Of a DNA stretch of 64,000 bases, positions 9,569 to 19,581 are shown piece by piece; the first letter of the stretch is position 1; every line of letters begins with the position of its first letter. Where the stretch lies: positions 34,865 to 98,864 of the forward strand of contig OY969569.1 of NCBI GenBank assembly GCA_963701185.1, read 5' to 3'. The DNA comes from Candidatus Gottesmanbacteria bacterium. Its GTDB lineage: Bacteria; Patescibacteriota; Microgenomatia; UBA10105; UBA927. Position numbers and translations under genes: made by a program. The notes under the pieces are model-generated. The model saw nothing but the letters and a program-made list of their open reading frames with translations. It did no database searches and was not told the origin of the DNA.

Positions 9569-10852
9569 AGCTTCCCGCTCGTTTTTAAGTTTTCCGGATT
9601 CGACTTCGGCGAATAGGTCATTCAGCGTTTTTCCGATAACCGGACCGGGTTTGACGTTGAGGGATTTCATAACGTCATGACCGTCGATTTTGAGGTCGGC
9701 AACGGTGAAGGGTTGTTTTTGGACTTCCTCGAGCCGTTTCTTAAAGAGTTCCATGCGCCACGATGTTTCCGCCGCCCCGCCGCCTAAACGGTCGCCGGTC
9801 CGCAGCGCCAGCATGTCGGCAAGATTTTCTTTTCCTACATGCCGGATAAAGCGCCGGAGGGCGGAATCCGTTTGCCGCTCATCAACCGTAAACTGGTGCC
9901 ACCGGATAAGCGTAAGAATACGCTCCGTATCTTTATTGGAAAATCGCAAACGCATAAGAATATTTTTTGCAAGTTTTGTGCCAACCATTTCGTGATTATA
10001 AAACGTAATAATAGTATTAATATTTTTTACGGTTTTCACCTTGCCAATGTCGTGGAGTAAGGTAGCCAGGCGAACGATGGGATCTTTGGATGGGCAGAGC
10101 TTCATTGCCATGACGCTGTGGGTGCCCACGTCGTAGATATGATGCCGCGCCGGACTTTTTTGCCCGATTGCGAATGCCGCGTCAAGTTCCGGAATAATGA
10201 TTTTTAATAACCCCGTTTGTTTGAGAAGCAGGATTCCGTCGGCGGCAAACGGGGAGGCAAGGATCCGCAACAGCTCATCGTGCACGCGTTCGGCGGAAAT
10301 ATCCGTGATAAGTTTCGCGTTGGTTTTAATGGCCGCAAGCGTTGCCGGCTCGATCATGAAGCCCAACTCCGACGCAATACGGACGGCCCGCATCTCACGG
10401 AGCGCATCTTCCTCAATTCTTTTGTTCGGCTCTCCCACGGCGCGGATAATTTTATTTTTCAAATCCTCCTGCCCGTGATACGGATCCACGAATTTTTTTC
10501 CGTCGTAGGCGATTGCATTGATCGTAAAATCCCGGCGCGAAAGATCCTCTTCAAGCGTTTTGCCCCAGTGAATGACGTCCGGGTGCCGGTGGTCCTTGTA
10601 TCCTTTTTCACTCCGGTACGTCGTTACTTCATACACATCCTCCGGTTGTTTTATCCCGACGGTCCCGAACTGGTTATCATAGAAACTATCAGGAAACAGT
10701 TTGAGGATCTCTTCCGGTGTCGCATTGGTCGTAAAATCCCACCCGTGTGTCGGACGGTTCATAAGAATATCCCGTACACTCCCTCCGACCGCATACGCTT
10801 CAAACCCGGCTTTTTTCAAGGTGTCAATAATTGATTGTGGGAATCCAGTCAT
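9521..10852 (-). CDS. cca: CCA-adding tRNA nucleotidyltransferase with HD domain
   Basis: VGGSVRD, DLSRRDFTINA, EDALR, LLHDIGK; ATG at 10852 with TATAAT 6 nt upstream. Confidence 0.88.
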   Translation of the reverse strand: MTGFPQSIIDTLKKAGFEAYAVGGSVRDILMNRPTHGWDFTTNATPEEILKLFPDSFYDNQFGTVGIKQPEDVYEVTTYRSEKGYKDHRHPDVIHWGKTLEEDLSRRDFTINAIAYDGKKFVDPYHGQEDLKNKIIRAVGEPNKRIEEDALREMRAVRIASELGFMIEPATLAAIKTNAKLITDISAERVHDELLRILASPFAADGILLLKQTGLLKIIIPELDAAFAIGQKSPARHHIYDVGTHSVMAMKLCPSKDPIVRLATLLHDIGKVKTVKNINTIITFYNHEMVGTKLAKNILMRLRFSNKDTERILTLIRWHQFTVDERQTDSALRRFIRHVGKENLADMLALRTGDRLGGGAAETSWRMELFKKRLEEVQKQPFTVADLKIDGHDVMKSLNVKPGPVIGKTLNDLFAEVESGKLKNEREALLTRLSSLLPSVPQN

Positions 10853-10870
10853 ACTGCTATTATATCCTTT

Positions 10871-12460
10871 ATGAAGAAGAAGTGGCACATTTTGAGTACA
10901 TACAATGACGATATTACCGGAATTTTATTAAAAAATCGCAGTGTTGATGATACATTTCTTCATCCGAAAGATCCGGGCGAGTTTACTGCAAAAGACGTCG
11001 GCATTGACCCCGCGTCACTAAAAAAAGCCATCACAAGAATCCATAAAGCCGTCAAAGATAAAGAATCCATTGTCGTGTATGCGGATTACGACGCGGACGG
11101 CATTACGGCAGGCGCCATCATGTGGGAGACGATTCATGCGATGGGAGGGGTAGTCATGCCATACATTCCCCACAGAGTAGAGGAGGGATACGGATTATCT
11201 GTCAAAGGAATTGATGCAGTGCGGCAGCAGTTTGACCCAACGCTTATTATCACCGTCGATCACGGGATAACCGCGCATGAGAAAGTTGCCTATGCAAAAT
11301 CATTAGGAATTGATGTCATCGTGACAGATCATCATGTAAAGCCGGATAAATTGCCTGATTGCATCATCGTTCATACGACAAGCCTTTGTGGCGCCGGGGT
11401 GTCATGGTTTGTGGCTTCGGCATTGTCAGGCGGGAATGACAAATTAGAATTAGCTGCCATCGGAACAATCGCTGATCTGGTGCCCTTAGTCGGCCCGAAT
11501 CGATCCATCGTAAAGTATGGTATTGATCAATTACGGAAAACAAAGCGTGTGGGTCTTACAGCATTAATAAAAGACGCAGGTGTCGTACCGGAAGATATCT
11601 CTACGTATACGGTTTCCCATATGATTGCACCCAGACTAAACGCCATGGGCCGGCTGGTACATGCCATGGATGCACTACGGCTTTTGTGTACACACAGCAA
11701 AGATAAAGCAGGATTGTTGGCGCAAAAACTCGGGTTAACCAATCGGGAACGCCAGCAGCTTACTATTAATACGACCTCCCATGCCCTACGAGGACTCTCC
11801 TTGAAGACCCATAATAAACTTATTTTTATTTCTCACGAAACATATAATCCCGGCGTTATCGGACTTGTGGCCGGGAAATTGGTTGAGGAATATTATCGGC
11901 CGGCGATTGTGATTTCGCAGGGACCGGAAATATCCAAAGGATCGGCGCGCTCCATCGCGGGATTTAATATTATTGAAACAATCAAACGGTTCAGTGATTT
12001 ATTGGTGGACGCCGGCGGCCACCCGATGGCGGCAGGCTTTACGATAAAGACGAAAAACGTTGATGTGTTGAAATCAAAAATGGAAGCATACGTGGAAAAA
12101 AACCTTAAAGATGAACTCCTGACGCGGGAACTGCGCATTGACATGGAACTTCCGCTGACCGCGGTACGTAAAGAGCTTTGGCAGGACCTCCGTGATTTCG
12201 AACCGTTCGGGTTCGGCAGTCCCGAGCCGGTGTTTGCCGCACGCGGCGTGATTGTTGAGGACGTACGGTTGGTCGGTGCTGACGGTAAACATCTCAAACT
12301 GCGCGTATCGTCGTTTGATGCCATAGCATTCAATATGGGACATATGTCCGCCAAATTGAAAAAAGGAACTAGTATCGACATTGCCTACACCGTCGATATG
12401 AACGTCTGGAACGGAAGAAAAAGTCTCCAATTGAAGCTGCGGGATATCATGGTACAATAA
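10871..12460 (+). CDS. recJ: ssDNA exonuclease RecJ
   Basis: DYDADG, EGYG, DHH, PRLNAMGRL, GGHPMAAG. Confidence 0.95.
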   Translation: MKKKWHILSTYNDDITGILLKNRSVDDTFLHPKDPGEFTAKDVGIDPASLKKAITRIHKAVKDKESIVVYADYDADGITAGAIMWETIHAMGGVVMPYIPHRVEEGYGLSVKGIDAVRQQFDPTLIITVDHGITAHEKVAYAKSLGIDVIVTDHHVKPDKLPDCIIVHTTSLCGAGVSWFVASALSGGNDKLELAAIGTIADLVPLVGPNRSIVKYGIDQLRKTKRVGLTALIKDAGVVPEDISTYTVSHMIAPRLNAMGRLVHAMDALRLLCTHSKDKAGLLAQKLGLTNRERQQLTINTTSHALRGLSLKTHNKLIFISHETYNPGVIGLVAGKLVEEYYRPAIVISQGPEISKGSARSIAGFNIIETIKRFSDLLVDAGGHPMAAGFTIKTKNVDVLKSKMEAYVEKNLKDELLTRELRIDMELPLTAVRKELWQDLRDFEPFGFGSPEPVFAARGVIVEDVRLVGADGKHLKLRVSSFDAIAFNMGHMSAKLKKGTSIDIAYTVDMNVWNGRKSLQLKLRDIMVQ

Positions 12461-12469
12461 GCTATAGAT

Positions 12470-13846
12470 ATGAGAACGTTATCCTCTGATACTGTTGGCA
12501 AAATCGGTAAAGAAGTAAAACTTCAGGGGTGGGTGAATGCCAGGCGCGATCACGGGAAGATCATGTTTTTGGATCTGCGGGACCGCGGCGGGTTGGTACA
12601 GTTAGTAGGCACTCCCGTTGATGCCGGACCCGAGGATGTTATTGAAGTGACCGGCATGGTAAAAAATCGGCCGGAGGCGATGATTAATCCGAAAATAAGC
12701 TCCGGAACCGTTGAGGTAGAAATTATAAAACTGGTTATTTTAGCGAAAGCAAAAGAGCTTCCGTTTCCCATCGATACTGATGGCTACGAGATTAATGAAG
12801 AGATCCGTTCAAAATACCGCTACCTTGATCTTCGCCGCCCGCGTATGGCAAAAAACATGCGTATGCGCTCGATCGTTGTCGCGTATATCCGGAATTTTTT
12901 GCTCGGGCAGGATTTTGTCGAAATAGAGACGCCGATATTAACCAAAACCACGCCCGAAGGCGCCAGGGATTTCCTCGTGCCCTCCCGCCTCCAGCCGGGG
13001 AAATTTTATGCACTGCCGCAGTCCCCGCAACAGTATAAGCAGCTTCTCATGGTCGCGGGATTTGAACGGTATTTTCAGATAGCGCGGTGTTTCCGCGATG
13101 AGGATCCGCGCCGCGACCGTGCATACGGGGAATTTACGCAATTGGATCTTGAGATGTCCTTTGTAACACAGGAAGATATTCTCCGGCTTACGGAAGAATT
13201 GTTTTCCTCTCTTGTTGCAAAAATATTTCCTCAAAAACATATCACCCAGTCGCCGTGGCCGAGACTCGCGCACGCAGACGTTATGAAAAAATACGGCACG
13301 GACAAGCCGGATTTACGCAAAGATAAGAATGATCCGGATGAACTGGCCTTCAGCTGGACTCTCGATTTTCCGTTGTTTACCCAGCAATCGGACAAAGATT
13401 TCTTTTTCGGATCGGGCAAAGCGAAATTTGCCCCATCGCATCACATGTTTACCGCTCCGCACCCTGATGATGTGGCGCTTTTGGATACAAATCCCATGAA
13501 AGTCAGGGGGCTGCAGCATGATTTAGTTCTCAACGGCTTTGAAGTCGGGGGAGGAAGTATCCGTATTCACGAGGCAAAGATTCAGGAAAAAGTATTTGAC
13601 CTCATCGGATTTACCGATGCTCAAAAAAAGGATTTTTCCCACATGCTCACCGCGTTTACCTACGGCGTGCCGCCGCACGGGGGGATTGCGCCCGGTATTG
13701 ACCGGTTTATGATGACCGTATTGGGAGAGCCCAGTGTCCGGGAGGTTATGGCGTACCCCACATCCGCTTCCGGCCAAATCAGTGTCATGGATGCCCCCAG
13801 TGCGGCATCGAAAGAGCAATTGAAAGAATTAGGCATTAAGGTGTAA
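12470..13846 (+). CDS. aspS: Aspartate-tRNA ligase (short, GAD domain absent)
   Basis: OB fold, TPEGARDF, PQSPQ, CFRDED, PPHGGIAPGIDR. Confidence 0.95.
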   Translation: MRTLSSDTVGKIGKEVKLQGWVNARRDHGKIMFLDLRDRGGLVQLVGTPVDAGPEDVIEVTGMVKNRPEAMINPKISSGTVEVEIIKLVILAKAKELPFPIDTDGYEINEEIRSKYRYLDLRRPRMAKNMRMRSIVVAYIRNFLLGQDFVEIETPILTKTTPEGARDFLVPSRLQPGKFYALPQSPQQYKQLLMVAGFERYFQIARCFRDEDPRRDRAYGEFTQLDLEMSFVTQEDILRLTEELFSSLVAKIFPQKHITQSPWPRLAHADVMKKYGTDKPDLRKDKNDPDELAFSWTLDFPLFTQQSDKDFFFGSGKAKFAPSHHMFTAPHPDDVALLDTNPMKVRGLQHDLVLNGFEVGGGSIRIHEAKIQEKVFDLIGFTDAQKKDFSHMLTAFTYGVPPHGGIAPGIDRFMMTVLGEPSVREVMAYPTSASGQISVMDAPSAASKEQLKELGIKV

Positions 13847-13850
13847 TCAC

Positions 13851-14810
13851 ATGGCGAAGAAAAAAACTGATAAACACCCGTGGTGGCGAGTCTCATGGGG
13901 GAATATTTTATTTTTGATTATTTTGGGCGTGTTTGTGGTGTTATCGCCGGGACAAAATATATATCTCATGTCCAGAAGATCGGAAGAACGCCTCCTGCCG
14001 CCCTGGCCGATCCCGGTTCCTACTCCCGCCCCTTACCCGGTGAATAGTACAGGCGTATATCCCGGACCGGAAATTACTGCAACCGGTGTGGTTGTACTGG
14101 ATATGGATTCGGGTGTATTCCTGTATAAACGGAATGAAAATACAGAGCTATCTCCCGCATCTACGACAAAACTGCTCACCGCTCTTATAGTTCTTGATAA
14201 CTTCAATCTGGACGATGTGGTGACGGTAAAAGAAATGAATATAGACGGACAGTCGATGGGATTGGTTCCAGGGGAAAGAATGACAGTAGAAAATCTCCTG
14301 TATGGCACTCTTATTTATTCAGGCAATGATGCTGCCTGGACGCTCGCTGAGTATTATCCGGGTGGGGAGCCGAAATTCGTGGAAGCCATGAATGCTAAAG
14401 CGAGGGAGCTGCATCTGACGCACAGTACATTTACCAATCCCGTGGGGTATGACGACCCGAATCATAAAATGACACCGGTAGATCTGGCCTTCTTAGGGGA
14501 AGCGGCGCTCAATAACAAAACAATTGCTAAAATGGTCGCCATACCGGAGATTACCATTTCCGACGTTTCCCACACGTATTTCCACCAGTTAAAAAACGTG
14601 AATGAACTGTTAGGGAAAATTCCGGGCGTCGGCGGCATCAAGACCGGCTGGACGGAAGGAGCGGGGGAAAATCTCATTACCATGGTGGAGCGGAGCGGTC
14701 ACAAACTTATCATCGTCACCCTTCATAGTCAGGACCGTTTCGGCGACACATCCAAGCTTATCGATTGGATCTTCGGGAACTATCAGTGGAACCTACTGAA
14801 CCCAGGATGA
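13851..14810 (+). CDS. D-alanyl-D-alanine carboxypeptidase (S11)
   Basis: PASTTK (SxxK), SGND, KTG. Confidence 0.9.
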   Translation: MAKKKTDKHPWWRVSWGNILFLIILGVFVVLSPGQNIYLMSRRSEERLLPPWPIPVPTPAPYPVNSTGVYPGPEITATGVVVLDMDSGVFLYKRNENTELSPASTTKLLTALIVLDNFNLDDVVTVKEMNIDGQSMGLVPGERMTVENLLYGTLIYSGNDAAWTLAEYYPGGEPKFVEAMNAKARELHLTHSTFTNPVGYDDPNHKMTPVDLAFLGEAALNNKTIAKMVAIPEITISDVSHTYFHQLKNVNELLGKIPGVGGIKTGWTEGAGENLITMVERSGHKLIIVTLHSQDRFGDTSKLIDWIFGNYQWNLLNPG

Positions 14811-15845
14811 AGAAACCGCAGGGACGTAGGCACGGAATCCGTTATCCCCGTCAAAGACAAAAATAGGTTGCAGGTATGTTTGTGGGTCGAATGAATCGTA
14901 GTATGCGAGATAGATATTCCGGACAACCGCAACTGTCCCGTTTGTCGGGTACCGTACAATATATCCTTTGCCGCTTTGCAGTTCTTCCCAGGCCTGTTCA
15001 CTGGTTTTTAACGCATATGTTGCTGTCGTCTGGTAGTCAATCGGCCAGAATGTATAGGCAAACTGAATAATCCTTTTTTTTGCATCGGGTGAGCCGCTGA
15101 AGATGATGGATACGGGAGCCTGATCCGCAAAGGGCGTCAGTACAGGCGTATTTCCGATCGGCTTCCGGAAAAAATCTATCCGTTCGGCATCTGCCTGGGA
15201 AAGGCTGGTGGTGCCGACCAGTTGCGTCCCGTTAAGCTTCAGGAAGAGTATTTCATTGGTTCCCCCTGCGAGATCTTCGGGATACAGGGTATGTGACGCG
15301 AGTAAATTAAGTGCCTCCGTGGTGCCGGTTTCCGGCAAGGGGAGGTTTTTCCCGGCAAACACCGATGGATCCTGGTCGAATGCATACCGGATGATAAAAT
15401 TATTGGATACGATATCGTATCGTAATCTTCGGAGCGGCAGTTCGGCATCATTAAAGCGGTAGATATTTTTGTTTTCCTGCACCGGAGTAGGATCAAAATT
15501 GAATCCTTTTGCAAAATCCTGTGCCTTGTTGAGTCCAAGAAGGTTTGGGGCGGTTTTGGGCATAAAATAGACGGTCGCAGAGGGAGATGCCTTGGGGACC
15601 GTGCCTTCGATGGTTTGCAACTGAAATGTCAGCTTGGCCGACGGGGTTGCCTGCAGGGGAAATACCAGGACCGGCAGTTTATCGAATACGTGATTGGGCG
15701 GCGGAGCTTTCGGGGGAAAAATAAGTAAGAAAACGGAAATGAAAATACTCCAGAAAATACGTATGAGGATGTAAGCGACGACAGCGATAATTGTCCAATT
15801 AATCGTGCGGCGTGCAAAATATGCAGTTTGAGTGAGTGATGCCAT
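14793..15845 (-). CDS. Hypothetical membrane-anchored protein
   Basis: N-terminal TM; C-terminal LAYYD..YLQPIFVF; start at 15845 avoids overlap with gltX. Confidence 0.75.
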   Translation of the reverse strand: MASLTQTAYFARRTINWTIIAVVAYILIRIFWSIFISVFLLIFPPKAPPPNHVFDKLPVLVFPLQATPSAKLTFQLQTIEGTVPKASPSATVYFMPKTAPNLLGLNKAQDFAKGFNFDPTPVQENKNIYRFNDAELPLRRLRYDIVSNNFIIRYAFDQDPSVFAGKNLPLPETGTTEALNLLASHTLYPEDLAGGTNEILFLKLNGTQLVGTTSLSQADAERIDFFRKPIGNTPVLTPFADQAPVSIIFSGSPDAKKRIIQFAYTFWPIDYQTTATYALKTSEQAWEELQSGKGYIVRYPTNGTVAVVRNIYLAYYDSFDPQTYLQPIFVFDGDNGFRAYVPAVSSSWVQ

Positions 15846-15887
15846 GGCTAGTTCAGTATACGGTTCAATCGTGGTAGAATCAACAGT

Positions 15888-17204
15888 ATGAGTGCAGTGA
15901 GAACCCGTATTGCTCCGTCTCCCACCGGCCAGAATCTTCACATCGGCAATGCGTACACGGCTCTCATAAACTACGTATTTGCCAAACAAAATGGCGGGGA
16001 TTTTATTATCCGTATAGAAGATACAGACAGGACACGGCTTGTGCAAGGATCCGAGGCCCGGATACTCGCGTCACTCCGCTGGCTTGGTATTCCTCACGAT
16101 GAGGGTCCGGACATCGGCGGTCCGTATGCTCCGTACCGCCAGTCCGAACGGCTTGATATCTATACAAAATATGCAGAAGAGCTGGTAGTCGCAGGCCATG
16201 CGTATTACTGCTATTGCACACCCGAGAGACTTGAAGAAATGCGTAAAAATCAGGAATCAAAACATTTGCCCCCGATGTACGACGGATTGTGTAAACATAT
16301 AAAAGGGAAACGCGCAGGGAAGCACGTAATCCGTATGAACGTACCGGATGAGGGGACGACAATATTTCATGACGTCATACGCGGCGATATTTCATTTGAG
16401 AACAAACTGATTGACGACCAGGTGATCCTCAAATCCGATGGCTACCCGACGTATCATCTGGGTGTGGTTGTTGATGACCATATCATGAAGATTACGCACA
16501 TTATCCGCGGTGAAGAGTGGATTTCTTCAACACCGAAACATATACTTCTCTATAAATTTTTCGGGTGGGATGTGCCGCAGATTGCGCACGTATCGGTCCT
16601 GCGCAACCCCGACCGCAGTAAACTGTCCAAACGGAAAAATCCCGTCTGGGTGTCCGATTACAAAGCAAAAGGATTTGTGCCCGATGCGATCAAAAATTAC
16701 CTGGCGACCATGGCATGGAGTTATCCCGGCGGGCAGGACATCTTTTCCGTTGACGACATGATCAGGAAATTCCGGCTTGAGGATATTCAGACAACTGCCC
16801 CGATTTTTGATGTGGAGAAACTGAAATGGATGAACGGAAAGTATTTAAAAGAATCCCAGATTAACGAATTTTATAACAATACATATCCGGAAGAAAAAGT
16901 GAAGCAAATTTGGCCTTTGGTCAAAGAACGGATGAAAGTATTAACGGAATTTGAGACGCTTGCCGGATTCTTTTTCGAGAGACCTCAAAGGCACGACGTC
17001 CGACCCGAACTTCGTACTGCGTTGGAATCCTGTGAGTGGACTCATGATGCAATGGAAAAGGCAATAAGAAAAATTGCCGGAAAAAATGTCAAAGAGGTAT
17101 TTATGGAACTGCGCGTCGCAGTTACCGGTAAAACCGTGGGCCCGCCGCTTTTGGAATCGATGGAAATCCTCGGAAAAGAAGAAACGCTCGCGCGGATTAC
17201 ATAA
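15888..17204 (+). CDS. gltX: Glutamate-tRNA ligase
   Basis: RIAPSPTG..HIGN, RIEDTD, KLSKR. Confidence 0.95.
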   Translation: MSAVRTRIAPSPTGQNLHIGNAYTALINYVFAKQNGGDFIIRIEDTDRTRLVQGSEARILASLRWLGIPHDEGPDIGGPYAPYRQSERLDIYTKYAEELVVAGHAYYCYCTPERLEEMRKNQESKHLPPMYDGLCKHIKGKRAGKHVIRMNVPDEGTTIFHDVIRGDISFENKLIDDQVILKSDGYPTYHLGVVVDDHIMKITHIIRGEEWISSTPKHILLYKFFGWDVPQIAHVSVLRNPDRSKLSKRKNPVWVSDYKAKGFVPDAIKNYLATMAWSYPGGQDIFSVDDMIRKFRLEDIQTTAPIFDVEKLKWMNGKYLKESQINEFYNNTYPEEKVKQIWPLVKERMKVLTEFETLAGFFFERPQRHDVRPELRTALESCEWTHDAMEKAIRKIAGKNVKEVFMELRVAVTGKTVGPPLLESMEILGKEETLARIT

Positions 17205-17517
17205 TTTCTTCTACTTTCATAAATTCAATCGCAGGTTCTTCATAGGGATGGACTTTCTTTATCGCCGTTTTTACTTCTTTTACTTTATTTTCCGGGCAAA
17301 TTATTTCAATTTTTACTTCTTGAACCTGCGAAAGGGTTCCAACTTTACCGATCGTGGGATGTGCGCCTTCTTCGCTTTTCCACTGGCTTACGCATTTTAT
17401 GATTGATGCGCAATGAGAATAATTGCCCAGGATTCCCGCGCCTGCGCCAGATGCAGCGTTAATGATTTTGTCGATTATTTTTGGATTATCCGGACAAAAT
17501 ATATAGAGTTTATACAT
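17197..17517 (-). CDS. NIF3/YqfO PII-like insert domain protein
   Basis: AGAGILGNYSHC, HPTIG, VHPYEEPA. Confidence 0.85.
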   Translation of the reverse strand: MYKLYIFCPDNPKIIDKIINAASGAGAGILGNYSHCASIIKCVSQWKSEEGAHPTIGKVGTLSQVQEVKIEIICPENKVKEVKTAIKKVHPYEEPAIEFMKVEEIM

Positions 17518-18370
17518 ATTCCATCCAGTGGGGGTCGGTGACGACCGTCAGCTCCAGGAAGATTTTCTTTTCCGTTGCGGTTTCCAATTCTTTTCGTGCC
17601 GCCTGGCTTATTTCCTTGATCATCGCCCCTGCATGCCCGATGATCATGGCTTTATACCGGTCGGCAGATGTCACGATTTTTGCTTTGATGTAAACCGTTC
17701 CGTTATCCCGCTCGATGACTTCATCAACTGTTGACGCCAGCGTGTAGGGCACTTCATCGCGCAAAAACAAAAATGCTTTTTCCCGGATGATTTCGGCAAT
17801 AAATAATTTACTGTCCATGTTCAGGGCCGGCTGGGCAAGCGTCGTCCTGTCAACAAGTTCTTTTCCTTCAGGAAGAAGGTCAAACAGAGTTGTCAGAAGA
17901 ATATTCGTATTCTTGTGGGCAAGAGCGGAGAGCATGATGACTGTCGTAAACTCATCTTCCAGAAATTTATACTGCACGATATGCGTGGGCGTATGGATAT
18001 CTGTCTTGTTGATGACGAGAATTTTCGGCCCGTTGAATTTACGGACAATACCCAGCGCCTTGTTTTCTTCGGTATCCCGTTCCCTGGTATGGTCCACCAT
18101 GTATACGACGACATCCACTCCGCGGTCCAATGCCCCTTCCGTCCGCTGGTTGATGCGTTTGGATAGCGTATCGGGTGTCCTGCCGAATATTCCGGGAGTA
18201 TCGACGAAAATAATCTGGCCGCGGTCATCCTCGTAGACCGCCTGGATGTTAAACCGCGTGGTTTGCGGTTTGGGGCTGGTAATAGATACCTTGTGTCCCA
18301 AAAGGGTATTCAGGAGAGTGGATTTGCCGACATTCGGCCGGCCGATTAAAGCGACAACACCGGATTTCAT
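17510..18370 (-). CDS. era: GTPase Era
   Basis: GRPNVGKST, PQTTR, DTPG, NKTD, KH domain. Confidence 0.95.
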   Translation of the reverse strand: MKSGVVALIGRPNVGKSTLLNTLLGHKVSITSPKPQTTRFNIQAVYEDDRGQIIFVDTPGIFGRTPDTLSKRINQRTEGALDRGVDVVVYMVDHTRERDTEENKALGIVRKFNGPKILVINKTDIHTPTHIVQYKFLEDEFTTVIMLSALAHKNTNILLTTLFDLLPEGKELVDRTTLAQPALNMDSKLFIAEIIREKAFLFLRDEVPYTLASTVDEVIERDNGTVYIKAKIVTSADRYKAMIIGHAGAMIKEISQAARKELETATEKKIFLELTVVTDPHWMEYV

Positions 18371-18399
18371 GCTTGTATTGTACTATAATCAGCCGATGT

Positions 18400-19149
18400 A
18401 TGGATGGTAAGAAGATCCGGAAGTTCCGCGCCATGATATTTCGCTGGTGGAAAACACACAGCCGCGATCTCCCGTGGCGCCGTACGCACGACCCCTATAA
18501 GATCCTTATTTCGGAGGTTATGCTGCAGCAAACTCAAGTGTCGCGGGTATTACCAAAATACAAGGAGTTTTTAAAAAAATTTCCTTCTTTGTCAGAGCTA
18601 CAGAAATCGTCAACGGCAGATGTTCTCAAAGCGTGGCGGGGCATGGGATATAATCGTAGGGCACTATATCTTAAAAAAATACGTACTATACCATCAACAG
18701 AAAAAGAACTTATGACACTGCCAGGAATAGGGAAATATACGGCACGCGCAATTCTCGTGTTTGCGTTTAAAAAAGATATTGCGGCGGTTGATACAAATAT
18801 CCGGCAGATTATTACACATTTCTTTTTTGATGATAAAGAGCAAAAAGAAAAAGTTATTCAGGAGGTCGCGGATAAACTTTTACCAAAGGGAAAATCCTGG
18901 GAATGGCACCAGGCGCTGATGGACTTTGGCGCGCTTGAATTGCCGAAATTAAACATAAAAAAAATTATCAAAAAACCCAGTATTCCGTTTAAACAATCCA
19001 ACCGGTACATCAGGGGGAAAATTATGAACATGCTGCGGGAAGGGAAAATAACGGAACCGCAGGGATTTACAAAGGTGATTGACGGTTTAGTAAAAGACGG
19101 ATTAGTTGAAAGGAAAAACGGGAAGATTCAATTACCCGACGGATACTAG
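18400..19149 (+). CDS. mutY: A/G-specific adenine glycosylase (MutY-like, no Fe-S cysteines)
   Basis: RDLPWR, SEVMLQQTQV, WRGMGYNRRA, LPGIGKYTA, VDTN. Confidence 0.8.
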   Translation: MDGKKIRKFRAMIFRWWKTHSRDLPWRRTHDPYKILISEVMLQQTQVSRVLPKYKEFLKKFPSLSELQKSSTADVLKAWRGMGYNRRALYLKKIRTIPSTEKELMTLPGIGKYTARAILVFAFKKDIAAVDTNIRQIITHFFFDDKEQKEKVIQEVADKLLPKGKSWEWHQALMDFGALELPKLNIKKIIKKPSIPFKQSNRYIRGKIMNMLREGKITEPQGFTKVIDGLVKDGLVERKNGKIQLPDGY

Positions 19150-19581
19150 GGTATATTTTTTTATTCCTTTTGGCGTTATGACTTCCACCGTATCACCTGC
19201 TTTTTTCCCGACAACCGCACGGCCCAAGGGAGATTGCGGTGAGATGGTCTTTTTTGTTGGATCCGATTCAAATCCTCCGACAACAGTATATTCAAATTCT
19301 TGTGTTCCGTCCGTAAGTTTTACCCGCGTGGGTGTAATTATTTTAGCGAGCTTAATGAGCCGCTCCACGCGGTGGATACGGGAATCCAAAAATGAAAGTT
19401 GCTGCCGGGATGCCTTGTAATATCCGTTTTCCGACAAATCGCCCATAGCACGGGATTCCGAGAGATTCTTAACAGCTTCCGGACGTGCCGCCAGAAATTT
19501 CTTCCTGTCGTCCAGCAATTTTTGGTAGCCTTCGGCAGTTACAGGAATTTGAGGTTCCCGTTTACGCAGCAATTTTTTCAT
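19132..19581 (-). CDS. GreA/GreB family elongation factor (paralogue)
   Basis: GDLSEN, ISPQSPLGRAVVGKK. Confidence 0.88.
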   Translation of the reverse strand: MKKLLRKREPQIPVTAEGYQKLLDDRKKFLAARPEAVKNLSESRAMGDLSENGYYKASRQQLSFLDSRIHRVERLIKLAKIITPTRVKLTDGTQEFEYTVVGGFESDPTKKTISPQSPLGRAVVGKKAGDTVEVITPKGIKKYTLVSVG

